NCBI GenBank assembly: GCA_037189525.1 | Contig: JBBCJC010000002.1 | Location: 672,001 to 736,000 of the forward strand | DNA from: Gemmatimonadales bacterium | GTDB taxonomy: Bacteria; Gemmatimonadota; Gemmatimonadetes; Gemmatimonadales; GWC2-71-9 | Reading direction: 5' to 3' | Length of the DNA stretch: 64,000 nt | In this document: in pieces, positions 1 through 9,822 of the stretch | Position numbering within the stretch: position 1 is the stretch's first letter | Layout of the letters: every line of letters starts with the position of its first letter | Program-made: the position numbers and the translations under genes | Notes under the pieces: model-generated | Seen by the model: the letters and a program-made list of their open reading frames with translations, nothing else | The model's database searches: none | What the model was told of the DNA's origin: nothing

Positions 1-349
1 CGGCAAAAACCGTGGTACTGGCGCCCAGACCGAGCCCCAGGACCAGGATGGCGGCGGCGGTAAAGACCGGGTGCTTGCCCAGGTTGCGAACGGCGTAGCG
101 GATGTCCGATAGCAGTTCCTCGAATCCGCGGGTGCCTCGGGCGTCGCGCACCTCTTCTTTGAATTGTTCGACCCCGCCAAACGCCAGGAATGCCGCGCGC
201 CGGGCCTCGGCCGGGTCCGCGCCTTCGCGAATCCGATGGGCCGTTTCCTGCTCTACATGGAAGCGCAGCTCGGTCTCCAACTCCCGCTCGGTGCGGCGCT
301 TGAACAGCAGTCCGCGAACCCGTTCACGCCAGTCGCTCAGCAGGTTCAT
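1..349 (-). CDS. ADOP-family ABC/MacB-like permease, N-terminal part (runs off window)
   Basis: Hand translation MNLLSDWRERVRGLLFKRRTERELETELRFHVEQE...AFGGVEQFKEEVRDARG...DIRYAVRNLGKHPVFTAAAILVLGLGLGASTTVF; ATGA overlap with PadR stop. Confidence 0.9.
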   Translation of the reverse strand, partial: MNLLSDWRERVRGLLFKRRTERELETELRFHVEQETAHRIREGADPAEARRAAFLAFGGVEQFKEEVRDARGTRGFEELLSDIRYAVRNLGKHPVFTAAAILVLGLGLGASTTVFA

Positions 350-690
350 CCTTCCTCCGCCAGCCGGAACGCCAACACCCCTTCGATGGCGCCGGATGCC
401 CGTCGCCAGGCAGTGATTTCCTGGTCGAGTTGCCGTTCGCCGGCGGGCGTGAGCAGGTAGTACCTCGCCTGACGGTTGTTCTCGGTGGTCCGCCACTCGG
501 ACCGGATCAGGCCTTTCCGGAGCATCCGTTGCAGGGCCGGGTAGAGCGAGCCTTGCGGCACCAGGAACACCTCGCGTGACATCTGGCCGATCCGATGCCC
601 GATGCCCCAACCATGCATCGGTTCCAGGGACAGCGCCTTGAGCACCAGAAGTTCGAGGGTGCCTTGCAGTAGTTCGGACGAGTCGGCCAT
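346..690 (-). CDS. PadR family transcriptional regulator (acidobacterial type)
   Basis: LLQGTLELLVLKAL...HGWGI...GSLYPALQR...ENNRQARYYLLT; SD GGAGAAG upstream of ATG 690. Confidence 0.93.
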   Translation of the reverse strand: MADSSELLQGTLELLVLKALSLEPMHGWGIGHRIGQMSREVFLVPQGSLYPALQRMLRKGLIRSEWRTTENNRQARYYLLTPAGERQLDQEITAWRRASGAIEGVLAFRLAEEG

Positions 691-697
691 CGGTCTT

Positions 698-748
698 CTC
701 CAGAGGTTCTGGAGGAATGCTATCTCCACTTCTCCAGACGGTCAACAG
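698..748 (-). promoter_or_regulatory. sigma70 promoter of padR with overlapping palindromic operator
   Basis: Minus strand TTGACC(745-740)-N17-TAGCAT(722-717); perfect IR CTCCAGA-ggt-TCTGGAG at 698-714, second half-site CTCCAGA at 732-738. Confidence 0.65.
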
Positions 749-861
749 GAGCCAGGGATTTGGCTGTCCGGCCCTTTGGGTAGTGGCCGTGTACATTGTG
801 GCGCTGTGGGCATCGGCCGGCGCGGAATCGCGCCGTCTCATCTGAGGAGCGGTACGACATC

Positions 862-1707
862 ATGATTGAAACGACGACGACCCGGTCGGTCCGGGGAGTT
901 TCCATCTTCGAGCGCCGGATCGGCAGCGGACCCGCCACGGTTGTCCTGCACGGAGGGCCGGGTGCCCATCACGACTATCTCCGTCCCGGGTTCGATCGCT
1001 TGGCGCGGGGGCGGTCGCTGATCTTTTACGATCAGCGCGGCGGCGGCCAGTCGCCGGTCGACCGGGAGGTTTCGGTGGGGTGGCAGGAGCAGGTGGCCGA
1101 CCTCGAAGCGCTCCGGCAGGTCTGGGGCTTCGACCGGCTGACCCTGGCGGGATACTCCTGGGGCGGGCTGCTGTCGGTGCTCTACGCCACCACCCATCCG
1201 GACCGGGTCGAGCGGCTGGCCCTGGTGTCGCCGGCGCCGCTCTGGCGGAGCGCGCGGAGCGAGTTCGAAGGGCGGTTGGCCGAGCGGAACGCGGCCCCCG
1301 CGGTGCAGGCGGCACGCCGTGAGGCGCAGGACGGCGGTCTTCGAGAACGGGACGGCGATGCGTACCGGAAGCGGATGTTCGAGCTGTCGGTGGCCGGATA
1401 CTTCCACGATCCCTCACGGGCCGTCGACCTGACACCCTTCCGGATCACCGGGCGAACGCAGCAAGCCGTCTGGGACAGCCTGGGCGATTTCGACTTCCGG
1501 AATGAGGTCGCCTCGCTTGCCGTTCCGGCCCTCGTGGTCCACGGCGAGGACGATCCGATTCCGGTCGAGACCGCGGAGATTCTCGCCGGGTTGCTGCATG
1601 CGCCGCTGGTCCGGATTCCCGATTGCGGGCACGTACCCTATGTCGAAGCGCCGGACCAGTTCGTAGCGGCCCTCGATCCGTTCCTGCCGGCCGAGGGACG
1701 GGCATGA
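862..1707 (+). CDS. Alpha/beta hydrolase (proline iminopeptidase-like)
   Basis: HGGPG, YDQRG, GYSWG nucleophile elbow, HGEDD, CGH; SD GAGGAG upstream. Confidence 0.88.
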   Translation: MIETTTTRSVRGVSIFERRIGSGPATVVLHGGPGAHHDYLRPGFDRLARGRSLIFYDQRGGGQSPVDREVSVGWQEQVADLEALRQVWGFDRLTLAGYSWGGLLSVLYATTHPDRVERLALVSPAPLWRSARSEFEGRLAERNAAPAVQAARREAQDGGLRERDGDAYRKRMFELSVAGYFHDPSRAVDLTPFRITGRTQQAVWDSLGDFDFRNEVASLAVPALVVHGEDDPIPVETAEILAGLLHAPLVRIPDCGHVPYVEAPDQFVAALDPFLPAEGRA

Positions 1708-2393
1708 GCGCGCGATTGTCGCCGTTCGATCTGGTGTTCGGGTCGCTCGCTGCGGAGCGGTTTCCGGCCGTGCGGGACGAGATGACCGCGGCCGGGCATC
1801 AGTTCCGTGACCGGGATGCTTTCGTGCTGGGGCGGGCCGCGGTGGCGTTGCTGCGAGAGCTGGGGCCGGACGATACCCTGGGTGAGGGGGTCGGCGAACT
1901 GGTGGCGCTGACGCACGCCGCCTTTCAGTTCTGGGTGGACGACCAGGCAGTCGTGACACTCGATCGCGCGACGCTCGATCAGATCCTTCGCGCCGATCCG
2001 GCGCCAGGTACTCCCGTTCCGGGCGGACGATCGTATTATCTGCAGTTTCCGGAGCGACGGATCTGGGGTCAAGTCGAGGCGGAGGCGCCACGCGAACCGC
2101 TCGACGGTTGCTTCGTGATCCCGATGGAAAACCGGATTGAATTAGTCGCCATTTTCGGTTTGCAACCAGACCGCGACGGGTTCACTGTTGTTACGGTATC
2201 CGGAGTGTCCGGCCTCCCGCTGGCCCGGCCGGACGGGACACCGTTGTTTGCGCCGCGTATGGCCGGCGGCGCCGCAGCGGGACTGTGGGAAATCACCGGC
2301 GGCGAAGAACTCGTCGAACTGGTCAATCGAAGCCATGCGCTGCTGCCGGCAACGGGGGCAGCGCCTGGTGTGCAGCGAGTGAGTCGGCTATGA
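1704..2393 (+). CDS. Hypothetical protein
   Basis: ATGA overlaps with both neighbours; natural composition; no recognised motif. Confidence 0.75.
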   Translation: MSARLSPFDLVFGSLAAERFPAVRDEMTAAGHQFRDRDAFVLGRAAVALLRELGPDDTLGEGVGELVALTHAAFQFWVDDQAVVTLDRATLDQILRADPAPGTPVPGGRSYYLQFPERRIWGQVEAEAPREPLDGCFVIPMENRIELVAIFGLQPDRDGFTVVTVSGVSGLPLARPDGTPLFAPRMAGGAAAGLWEITGGEELVELVNRSHALLPATGAAPGVQRVSRL

Positions 2394-4117
2394 CGTTGGA
2401 TCGGATGGCGGTCGGGCGGGTGCTGGATCAGATCGCCGCACATCTCGAACTCAAGGGCGAGAGTCCCTTCAAGGTGCGCGCCTTTCGGACCGGCGCTCGC
2501 ACGGTGAGCGGGCTTGCCGGCTCGCCGGCGCAGTGGCTGGACGAGGGCACCCTGGAGCAGATCCACGGGATTGGACCGTCCATCGTCAGTGTGGTGCGCG
2601 ACCTGGTGCAGGCGGGACGCTCCACCACGCTCGATGAGTTGCGGGAGGATGTGCCGCCGGGACTGGTGGAGATGCTCCAGATCTCGGGGCTCGGCGTCGC
2701 CAAGGTTCGCACTATTCACGAGAAGCTGCACGTCGAGTCGATTCCGGAGCTCGAGGCCGCGGCCCGCGACGGCCGCCTTGCCGCCTTGCCGGGATTCGGC
2801 GCCAAGACGGCGGAGAGCGTGCTCAAGGGTGTCTCGCGCCTCCGCCAGTCGCGCAGCGTCCGGCTGATCCATCACGCCGCGACCGAAGCAGAATTGCTGC
2901 GCACCACCCTCGAGCGGGTGCCTGGCGTCACCTCGGCCATCACGGCGGGCGAGGTCCGGCGGGGTCTCGAACTGGTCGGCGAAATCGTGATCGTGCTGGT
3001 GGCGGAAACGGCGCCGGAAGAGGTGCTGCGGGCCATTGCGAAGCTGCCGGGTGTCGACGAGTTCGGCGGGCAGGACGAGCGGCGCGCCACAATCCGGTTC
3101 TCGGGTGGAGAGCGCTGCCAGGTCGTGGTCACGCCGAGCGCCAACCTGGGCCCGGTGCTGATCCAGGCCACCGGCAGCGCTGCGCACCTGGAGCAACTGG
3201 TGGAGCGGGCGGCGCAGACGGGTCACAGCTTTCGCGGCGCCGCGCTCTGGCGGGGCAGCGAGTTCGTGGCAACCGCCGACGAATCGGCCGTCTATCAGAC
3301 GCTTGGTCTGCAGTGGATTCCGCCGGAACTCCGGGAAGGGCTGGGCGAGATTGCGCTGGCCGAATCGGTCCTGCCACCGCTGTTGACGCGGGAAGATCTT
3401 CGGGGCCTGGTCCACTGCCACACCAGTTACTCGGACGGCAGCTTCTCGGTGCGCGGCCTAGCCAGTACCTGCGCAGAGGCGGGCTACGAGTACGTCGGAG
3501 TCACGGACCACAGCGGCACTGCCGCCTACGTCGGCGGGATGAACGAGGCCGAGATTCGGGCCCAATGGGCCGAGATCGATGCCGCCAATGCGGAGCAGGC
3601 GGGCGCCCGGGTCCTCAAGGGAATCGAAGCGGACATCCTGGCCGATGGCCGGATCGGATATTCGGACGAGCTGTTGCAGGGCTTCGACTTCGTGATCGCG
3701 TCCGTCCACAACCGGTTCGAGATGAACCGGGACGAGATGACGGCGCGGATCCTGGCCGGGATGGACAACCCGTACGTCACCGTCATCGGGCACCTGACCG
3801 GTCGTCTGCTGCTGTCGCGGGAACCCTATCAGCTCGACTTCGAGCGCATCTTTGCCCGGGCGGCGGAGCGGGGCGTCGCGATCGAGATCAACGCCGATCC
3901 GCAGCGGCTCGACCTCGACTGGCGTCTGGTGCGCCAGGCGCGGGCGGCGGGTGTGGTCATCCTGATCGGAGCCGATGCCCATTCGCCCGCGGGGCTCGAG
4001 AACGTCAATCTCGGCGTCCTGATGGCCCGTAAGGCCTGGCTCGGTCCAGCCGACGTGCTCAACGCCCGCTCGGTCGACGAGTTTCTGGCCTTCGCGCGAC
4101 GCCGTCGGCCGGCATGA
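2390..4117 (+). CDS. polX: DNA polymerase X family / PHP exonuclease (polymerase site degenerate)
   Basis: [14 protein letters not shown]-terminus, HhH motifs, QATGS, IPPELRE, PHP motifs [29 protein letters not shown]. Confidence 0.93.
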   Translation: MTLDRMAVGRVLDQIAAHLELKGESPFKVRAFRTGARTVSGLAGSPAQWLDEGTLEQIHGIGPSIVSVVRDLVQAGRSTTLDELREDVPPGLVEMLQISGLGVAKVRTIHEKLHVESIPELEAAARDGRLAALPGFGAKTAESVLKGVSRLRQSRSVRLIHHAATEAELLRTTLERVPGVTSAITAGEVRRGLELVGEIVIVLVAETAPEEVLRAIAKLPGVDEFGGQDERRATIRFSGGERCQVVVTPSANLGPVLIQATGSAAHLEQLVERAAQTGHSFRGAALWRGSEFVATADESAVYQTLGLQWIPPELREGLGEIALAESVLPPLLTREDLRGLVHCHTSYSDGSFSVRGLASTCAEAGYEYVGVTDHSGTAAYVGGMNEAEIRAQWAEIDAANAEQAGARVLKGIEADILADGRIGYSDELLQGFDFVIASVHNRFEMNRDEMTARILAGMDNPYVTVIGHLTGRLLLSREPYQLDFERIFARAAERGVAIEINADPQRLDLDWRLVRQARAAGVVILIGADAHSPAGLENVNLGVLMARKAWLGPADVLNARSVDEFLAFARRRRPA

Positions 4118-4848
4118 GCCGGCCCTCGCCGGCTCTTAAGCGGCGCACGCTCGAAATCCTCGCGCGGCTGGCCAAGGCCTATCCCGACGCACACTGCGCG
4201 CTCGATCATCGCACCCCGTTCGAACTCCTGGCCGCCACCATTCTGTCGGCGCAGTGCACGGATGTCCGGGTCAACATGGTCACGCCCGCGTTGTTTGCCC
4301 GGTACCCCACCCCTCGTGACCTCGCGGCGGCCGATCAGTCGGATGTCGAGGACCTGATCCGGTCGACCGGATTCTTCCGCAGCAAGGCCAAGAGTCTGAT
4401 CGGGATGGCGACGGTGCTGGTGACGGAACACGGCGGAGAGGTCCCGGCGGACATGGAAGCCCTCCGCCAACTGCCAGGGGTGGGCCGCAAGACGGCCAAC
4501 GTCGTACTCGGCAACGCGTTCGGGATCGACGAGGGCATCGTGGTCGATACCCATGTCACCCGTCTCTCCAGACTACTCGGCCTCACCAAGGCCAACGACG
4601 CGGAAAAAATCGAGCGCGACCTGATGGCGCTGGTGCCGCGTGACCAGTGGACCATGGTGTCGCACTGGCTGATCTTTCATGGCCGCCAGGTGTGCATTGC
4701 GCGGCGGCCGCGCTGCGGGGAATGTGTGCTGGCGTCGCTCTGTCCGTCGGCCATGGTCGTGCCGGCTCAGACGGCGCCCGCGCGGGCCAAAGCGGGCTCC
4801 AAGGTCGGGTCCAAGGCCAAGCCGCGAACCACGCGGCGTCGCGCCTGA
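4114..4848 (+). CDS. nth: Endonuclease III
   Basis: [23 protein letters not shown], 4Fe-4S motif [17 protein letters not shown]. Confidence 0.96.
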   Translation: MSRPSPALKRRTLEILARLAKAYPDAHCALDHRTPFELLAATILSAQCTDVRVNMVTPALFARYPTPRDLAAADQSDVEDLIRSTGFFRSKAKSLIGMATVLVTEHGGEVPADMEALRQLPGVGRKTANVVLGNAFGIDEGIVVDTHVTRLSRLLGLTKANDAEKIERDLMALVPRDQWTMVSHWLIFHGRQVCIARRPRCGECVLASLCPSAMVVPAQTAPARAKAGSKVGSKAKPRTTRRRA

Positions 4849-4856
4849 CCGTCGGG

Positions 4857-5519
4857 TCAGTCGTCGACTTTATTGAGCAGGCGCCCCAGGAGGCCGGGCT
4901 TCCGGTCCCGGAGTGCGCTGGGAAACTTCTCCTTGATTTCCACCGATGCCAGCGTGGCCTGACCGCTCAGACGGATCAAGAGTCCGTTGGGTCGCACGCC
5001 GCCGACGCTGCGGGTCGAATGGCTCGAACTGCTCAGCGTCTCGCGCACCTCGTTCTCGACCTGGGTGCCGGCCGGCACGATCAGGGTAAACGAGCCCAGG
5101 TCGACATCGACATGGATGTCCACCACGTCGGCGCCGAAGACCGCATCGCGAAGGTCGAGCGTCATCTCCCCCAGCAGTACCCGCGCTTCGATGAGCAGCG
5201 GCACCGTCCAGGATCCTCCGCGCTTGGTCGAGCCGAAGATGCTCGAAATCCGGCTGAACTCGGACGGAGCAACCGGTCGCCCCACGGCGGTGTGATCTGC
5301 CGCGGCCGTCAGCCCGTAGGCCGGTGTCAGCCCAGTGGCCGTTTCCATCGGCAGGTCCTCGGCCAGGTCGGCGACGATGGCCGCGATGGTTGCCGCATTC
5401 GGCGCCCGATTGAGCTGGTCGAGTCGGGATTCGAAGGCGTCGACCGAGAGTCGGTCGTCGGCTTGGGCTCGGCACAGGAGGCGGACGGCCTCGCGTCGCG
5501 CATGATCGAGATCGCTCAT
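4857..5519 (-). CDS. DUF1707 (SHOCT-like) + LiaF-like domain protein
   Basis: N-terminal REAVRLL...DRLSVDAFESRL; C-terminal IFGSTKRGGSW...LGEMTLDLRDA...LGSFTLIVP. Confidence 0.8.
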   Translation of the reverse strand: MSDLDHARREAVRLLCRAQADDRLSVDAFESRLDQLNRAPNAATIAAIVADLAEDLPMETATGLTPAYGLTAAADHTAVGRPVAPSEFSRISSIFGSTKRGGSWTVPLLIEARVLLGEMTLDLRDAVFGADVVDIHVDVDLGSFTLIVPAGTQVENEVRETLSSSSHSTRSVGGVRPNGLLIRLSGQATLASVEIKEKFPSALRDRKPGLLGRLLNKVDD

Positions 5520-5628
5520 GGACGCAAGATATCGCGGGCTCGGGCAAGACGCTGCTGTTGGGTCGCAATCAGGCTCCCCGGCGCATCGCACCCATGATAC
5601 CTTTCGGCACCATTCCTGAGGATGATCC

Positions 5629-6075
5629 GTGAAGACTGCAACTATCGAGACCGAGCGCGGCACCATCATCGCCGAGCTGTTCGATACCGAAACGCCGAAC
5701 ACCGTGGCCAACTTCGAGAAGCTGGCCAATGAGGGCTACTACGACGGCACCCGCTTTCATCGGGTCATTCCCGATTTCGTGATTCAGGGCGGGGATCCCT
5801 ACTCGAAGAACCCGAACGACCCCAAGGTCGGCACGGGCGGGCCCGGGTACACCATCAAGTGTGAAACCCACCTCAATACCCACCGGCACGAGGCGGGGTC
5901 GCTCTCGATGGCGCACGCCGGCAAGGATACCGGGGGGAGTCAGTTTTTCGTCTGCCATTCGCCCCAGCCGCACCTCGACCGGAAGCACACCGTGTTCGGG
6001 AAGGTGACCACCGGTATGGACGTGGTGAACGCAATCCGGAAGAACGACCTGATTCAGTCGATCCGCGTGGCGTGA
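5629..6075 (+). CDS. Cyclophilin-type peptidyl-prolyl isomerase
   Basis: [36 protein letters not shown]. Confidence 0.96.
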   Translation: MKTATIETERGTIIAELFDTETPNTVANFEKLANEGYYDGTRFHRVIPDFVIQGGDPYSKNPNDPKVGTGGPGYTIKCETHLNTHRHEAGSLSMAHAGKDTGGSQFFVCHSPQPHLDRKHTVFGKVTTGMDVVNAIRKNDLIQSIRVA

Positions 6076-6494
6076 CCCGCGTGCACGTCGACTTTGCGGT
6101 ATTGGCGGACTATGCCCTGATCGACCAGCAGGGCAAGTTGTCCGTGCTGGGCATCTTTCAGCATGTCTGGGTGGCCAGCTTTCCGGCCGTGCATCCGCGG
6201 ACGCACCTGGTTCTCCGGGTGCGCGGCCGGCGAACGGAAATCGGGGAACACCGGATCAGAATCCGTTTCATCGACGATCAGGGACAGGAACTGATGGGCG
6301 GCGATGGCACGGTGCAGTTCGGTGAACCGCCGGCCGGCGTGACGGAGGTCGAAGCCGGCGCTGTGCTGGTGTTCGACGTGCCGCTGCCGCGTCCCGGCGT
6401 GTACGCTTTCGAAATCATTCTATCCGAGAACGTGGTGCGGGTGCCTCTCTCGGCCGCACTGATTCCGCCGCCGGCTGAAGGCGGCGTTCATTAA
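6072..6494 (+). CDS. Conserved hypothetical protein (DUF6941-like)
   Basis: [29 protein letters not shown] overlap. Confidence 0.75.
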   Translation: MTRVHVDFAVLADYALIDQQGKLSVLGIFQHVWVASFPAVHPRTHLVLRVRGRRTEIGEHRIRIRFIDDQGQELMGGDGTVQFGEPPAGVTEVEAGAVLVFDVPLPRPGVYAFEIILSENVVRVPLSAALIPPPAEGGVH

Positions 6495-6509
6495 CCCGAG
6501 TCGAACGCT

Positions 6510-7088
6510 ATGTTGAGCCGAGCCGAAGCGCTGGAGCTGATGCACGAGTACACCGCATCCGACGCGCTCCGTAAACACATGTATGCGGTCGAGATCGCCA
6601 TGCGCGCCATGGCGGGGCAGTTCGGCGCGGACCCCGAGTATTGGGGTGTCGTCGGGCTGCTGCACGATTTCGACTATGAGCGGTTTCCCAACGACGCCCG
6701 TTCCGCCACCGAGGAACACCCGGCGGAAGGGGTACGCATTCTCGCCGCGCGCGGGCTGCCGCTCGATGCGCAGGAGGCGATTCTGGGTCACGCTGCCTAT
6801 ACCGGCGTCGCGCGCACCACGCCGCTGGCGCGTTCGCTCTTTGCGGTCGACGAGTTGTCCGGATTTCTGGTGGCCTGCGCATTGGTGCGGCCGTCGCGCT
6901 CACTGGCCGATCTCGAAGTTTCGAGCGTCAAGAAGAAACTTAAAGACAAGGCCTTTGCCCGCGGCGTCAGTCGCGAGGATGTGGCGACCGGTATCGCGGA
7001 GCTCGAGGTGTCGCCCGAGGCGCATATCGAGTTCGTGTTGACGGCGCTCCGACCGCACGAGCGTATTCTGGGGCTTGGCGGGGCGTGA
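6510..7088 (+). CDS. HD-domain (HDIG) phosphohydrolase
   Basis: LRKH, GLLHDFDYE, LFAVDELSG, KDKAFARGV. Confidence 0.9.
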   Translation: MLSRAEALELMHEYTASDALRKHMYAVEIAMRAMAGQFGADPEYWGVVGLLHDFDYERFPNDARSATEEHPAEGVRILAARGLPLDAQEAILGHAAYTGVARTTPLARSLFAVDELSGFLVACALVRPSRSLADLEVSSVKKKLKDKAFARGVSREDVATGIAELEVSPEAHIEFVLTALRPHERILGLGGA

Positions 7089-8500
7089 CCTCGATCGGTC
7101 GGTCGCAGCAGCAGGCGGCCGACGCCGTCGATCGGGCCATCGATCGCGCCGCGGGGGCGCGACCGATCCCCGGCAACCAGGTCCGTCTGTTCTTCGATGG
7201 ACCGGCCACCTTCGCCCAGATGCTCGAGCTGATCGAAACGGCTGAGCGCTGGGTCCATCTCGAGTCGTACATCTTTCGCAGCGATCAGATCGGACACCGG
7301 TTCGCGGACGCGCTTGCCAGGCGGGCCCGCGAAGGTCTGCCGGTGCGCGTCATGGTCGACTGGTTCGGGTCCTGGGAAACGCGGCGCAAGTTCTGGCGCC
7401 GGATGACCGATGCGGGCGTGGAGATCCGGCAGTTTCATCGCCCGCGTCCGGGCCAGCTCCGGACCTTGTTGAGTCGGAATCATCGTAAGCTCGTGGTGGC
7501 CGACGGCAGCCGCGCAATTCTGGGCGGCCTCTGTATCGGCGACGAGTGGGCCGGTGATCCCGCCCGCGGCCGATTGCCCTGGCGGGACTCATCGATCCTG
7601 GTCGAAGGACCGGGGGCGGCCGGGATCGATCAGACCTTTGCAGAGACCTGGCGATTGACTGGTTCGCCGCTGCCCGCCGAGCATGTCGCGGCGGATGTGC
7701 CGGAGCGGGGCAACGCGGCCATCCGGGTCTTGGCGGGCGAGCCGGCGCGTGAGCGCGCCTACCGGGTGTCGGAGTTGTTGCTGGCCGGCGCGAGCGAACG
7801 TGTCTGGGTCACCGATGCGTACCTGGTGGCGCCACGCCGGTTGTTCCGGTATCTGGTCGATGCCGCGCGCGAAGGGGTCGATGTCCGTTTGCTGGTGCCG
7901 GGGTCGAGTGATGTCCCCTGGGTGCGCAACGTGACGCGGATCGGCTATCGGGATCTGCTTCGGGCGGGAGTGCGGATCTTCGAGTGGGGCGGTTCGATGC
8001 TGCACGCCAAAACGGTGGTCGCCGATGGGCGGTGGGTGCGGATCGGCTCGAGCAATCTCAACCATTCGAGTTTGAGCGCCAATTTCGAACTCGATGTCCT
8101 GCTGGACGATCCACGAGTCGGCCACGAGATGGAGATCCAATTCCGTCGCGACCTCGAGTCGGCCTCCGAAGTCGTGACCCGCCCCGTCCGGGTGCCTCGG
8201 ATCAGTGCTGCATTTCCCGCAGCTTTGTCGATTTCGAACGGGCCTGACGCCCCCCACCGTCCCGGTTTCCGGGAGCGGCGGGAACGCTCGCTGCTTGCCG
8301 TGCGGACCCTGGCCGCCGGCGCCAGGTTGGCGCTGTTCGGGCCGCTTGCCCTGCTGCTGACCGGGGTAGGCGTACTGTTCTTCTTCTTTCCGCGGGCCAT
8401 GGCCGTGGTGTTCGGGGTGCTGTTTTCGCTGCTGGCCCTGGTCATCGGCGGGGAGGCCCTGCGCCGCCACCACGACCGGGTGCCGAGATCCGGTCGCTGA
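7085..8500 (+). CDS. Phospholipase D family / cardiolipin synthase-like
   Basis: Two HKD motifs (HRKLVVAD, HAKTVVAD), GSSNL; two C-terminal TM helices. Confidence 0.9.
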   Translation: MTSIGRSQQQAADAVDRAIDRAAGARPIPGNQVRLFFDGPATFAQMLELIETAERWVHLESYIFRSDQIGHRFADALARRAREGLPVRVMVDWFGSWETRRKFWRRMTDAGVEIRQFHRPRPGQLRTLLSRNHRKLVVADGSRAILGGLCIGDEWAGDPARGRLPWRDSSILVEGPGAAGIDQTFAETWRLTGSPLPAEHVAADVPERGNAAIRVLAGEPARERAYRVSELLLAGASERVWVTDAYLVAPRRLFRYLVDAAREGVDVRLLVPGSSDVPWVRNVTRIGYRDLLRAGVRIFEWGGSMLHAKTVVADGRWVRIGSSNLNHSSLSANFELDVLLDDPRVGHEMEIQFRRDLESASEVVTRPVRVPRISAAFPAALSISNGPDAPHRPGFRERRERSLLAVRTLAAGARLALFGPLALLLTGVGVLFFFFPRAMAVVFGVLFSLLALVIGGEALRRHHDRVPRSGR

Positions 8501-8517
8501 CCGTCGTCCCCTCCGGC

Positions 8518-8544
8518 CTCAACAAATATCTTTCGGCATGCGTA
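8518..8544 (+). promoter_or_regulatory. ECF-type promoter (likely autoregulatory)
   Basis: AAC(8521-8523)-N17-CGTA(8541-8544) directly before in-frame GTG 8553. Confidence 0.5.
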
Positions 8545-8552
8545 GTACCGAT

Positions 8553-9098
8553 GTGACCGAGTCGCGGTTGGCCACGGCCGCCCGGATGGGCGACGCGGAT
8601 GCCTACGGGCGTCTCGTGCTGGCGCAGGGGGCTGTGGCTCGGCGGGTTGCCTACGGAATTCTGGGCAACTGGGATGAGGCGGACGACGTGGTGCAGGACG
8701 CCGCGCTGGCAGGCTGGCTCGCGATCGAGCGGTTCGATCCCGGACGGGCCTTTCGCCCCTGGTTTCTTCGGATCGTGTCGAACGCCGCGCTCGACCAGCT
8801 GCGACGCCGACGGGTCCGAGATAGTGATGTGCTCGACGACTCGATGCCGAGTCGAGCCGCAGGGCCGGATCGTGACGCCAATCGGTCGCTGCTTCGAGAT
8901 CGGATCAATGCGGCAATGGCGGGACTGTCGGAACGGCAGCGGGTGGCGGTGATGTTGTTTGACGGTGAAGGGTACAGTCATGCGGAAATTGCGGGCGTGC
9001 TGCAGGTGCCGGAAGGCACGGTTCGCTCTTACGTGTTTCACGCGCGGCGGGCGCTCCGGAAAGCGCTCGCTGCCCTGGTGGAGGCACCGTCCAGATGA
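8553..9098 (+). CDS. ECF RNA polymerase sigma factor
   Basis: ADDVVQDA, FRPWFLRIVSN, EGYSHAEIA..L.VPEGTVRS; start could be ATG 8538. Confidence 0.92.
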   Translation: MTESRLATAARMGDADAYGRLVLAQGAVARRVAYGILGNWDEADDVVQDAALAGWLAIERFDPGRAFRPWFLRIVSNAALDQLRRRRVRDSDVLDDSMPSRAAGPDRDANRSLLRDRINAAMAGLSERQRVAVMLFDGEGYSHAEIAGVLQVPEGTVRSYVFHARRALRKALAALVEAPSR

Positions 9099-9433
9099 AT
9101 CGTTCTCCCTTTGACGCCGAGCGCGACGAAGAGCTGGGTGGATGGTTGCGTGAGGCGTTCACCGGTCCGGATCAGGATCGATTTCTCCGTCGGCTCGGAG
9201 CGGCACTCAACGGACTGCCGCTGCGCCGTTCCGCATGGGATGAGTTGGCCGGGTGGGGTCGCCCGCGCGTGTTGGCGGCGGCGATCGTCGCCGGGTTCGC
9301 GCTTGGCGTGGCGCTGTTTCAGGGATGGCGCGACCGCGGCCTGATCGAGCCGGCGCCGTCGGTGGCCGCCGCGCTGTTCGAACAGCCGGTCGATGCGCCG
9401 ATTCTCTACGCGGTGCTCGGAGGCGAACCGTGA
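9095..9433 (+). CDS. Single-TM protein, putative anti-sigma factor
   Basis: Coupled to ECF gene; one TM helix. Confidence 0.65.
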   Translation: MNRSPFDAERDEELGGWLREAFTGPDQDRFLRRLGAALNGLPLRRSAWDELAGWGRPRVLAAAIVAGFALGVALFQGWRDRGLIEPAPSVAAALFEQPVDAPILYAVLGGEP

Positions 9434-9822
9434 TGGCGCCACGCTCGGCGGCCGCTCGGCTGTTGATGCTTGCGTTTGCGCTCGGTGCGCTGGTCGGCGG
9501 CGGGATCATGCTGCTGGTCGACCGGACCATGGCCAAGGATGACCGTCCGCCGACGCAGGAGGGCGGGTACCTGGGCCGTCTGACCAGCGAGTTGAGTCTG
9601 ACCGAGTCGCAGCAGTCCTCGGTCAAGGAAGTGTTGCGCCGGCACGAGCCGGCGATGGATTCGGTGTGGGCGGAAGTCCGGTGGCAGTTCGATGGTCCGC
9701 GGCAAGCAGTCGCGCGGGATATCCGGACGCTGCTCACTCCCGAGCAAGTCACGAAATACGAGGCCTACCTGGCGCGCCGGGACAGTGCGCAGCGGGCGAA
9801 AGGGAAGCATGATCCGAAGTAG
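9433..9822 (+). CDS. Periplasmic helical protein (Spy/CpxP/ZraP-like)
   Basis: N-terminal TM; ELSLTESQ and LLTPEQ (LTxxQ) motifs. Confidence 0.75.
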   Translation: MAPRSAAARLLMLAFALGALVGGGIMLLVDRTMAKDDRPPTQEGGYLGRLTSELSLTESQQSSVKEVLRRHEPAMDSVWAEVRWQFDGPRQAVARDIRTLLTPEQVTKYEAYLARRDSAQRAKGKHDPK

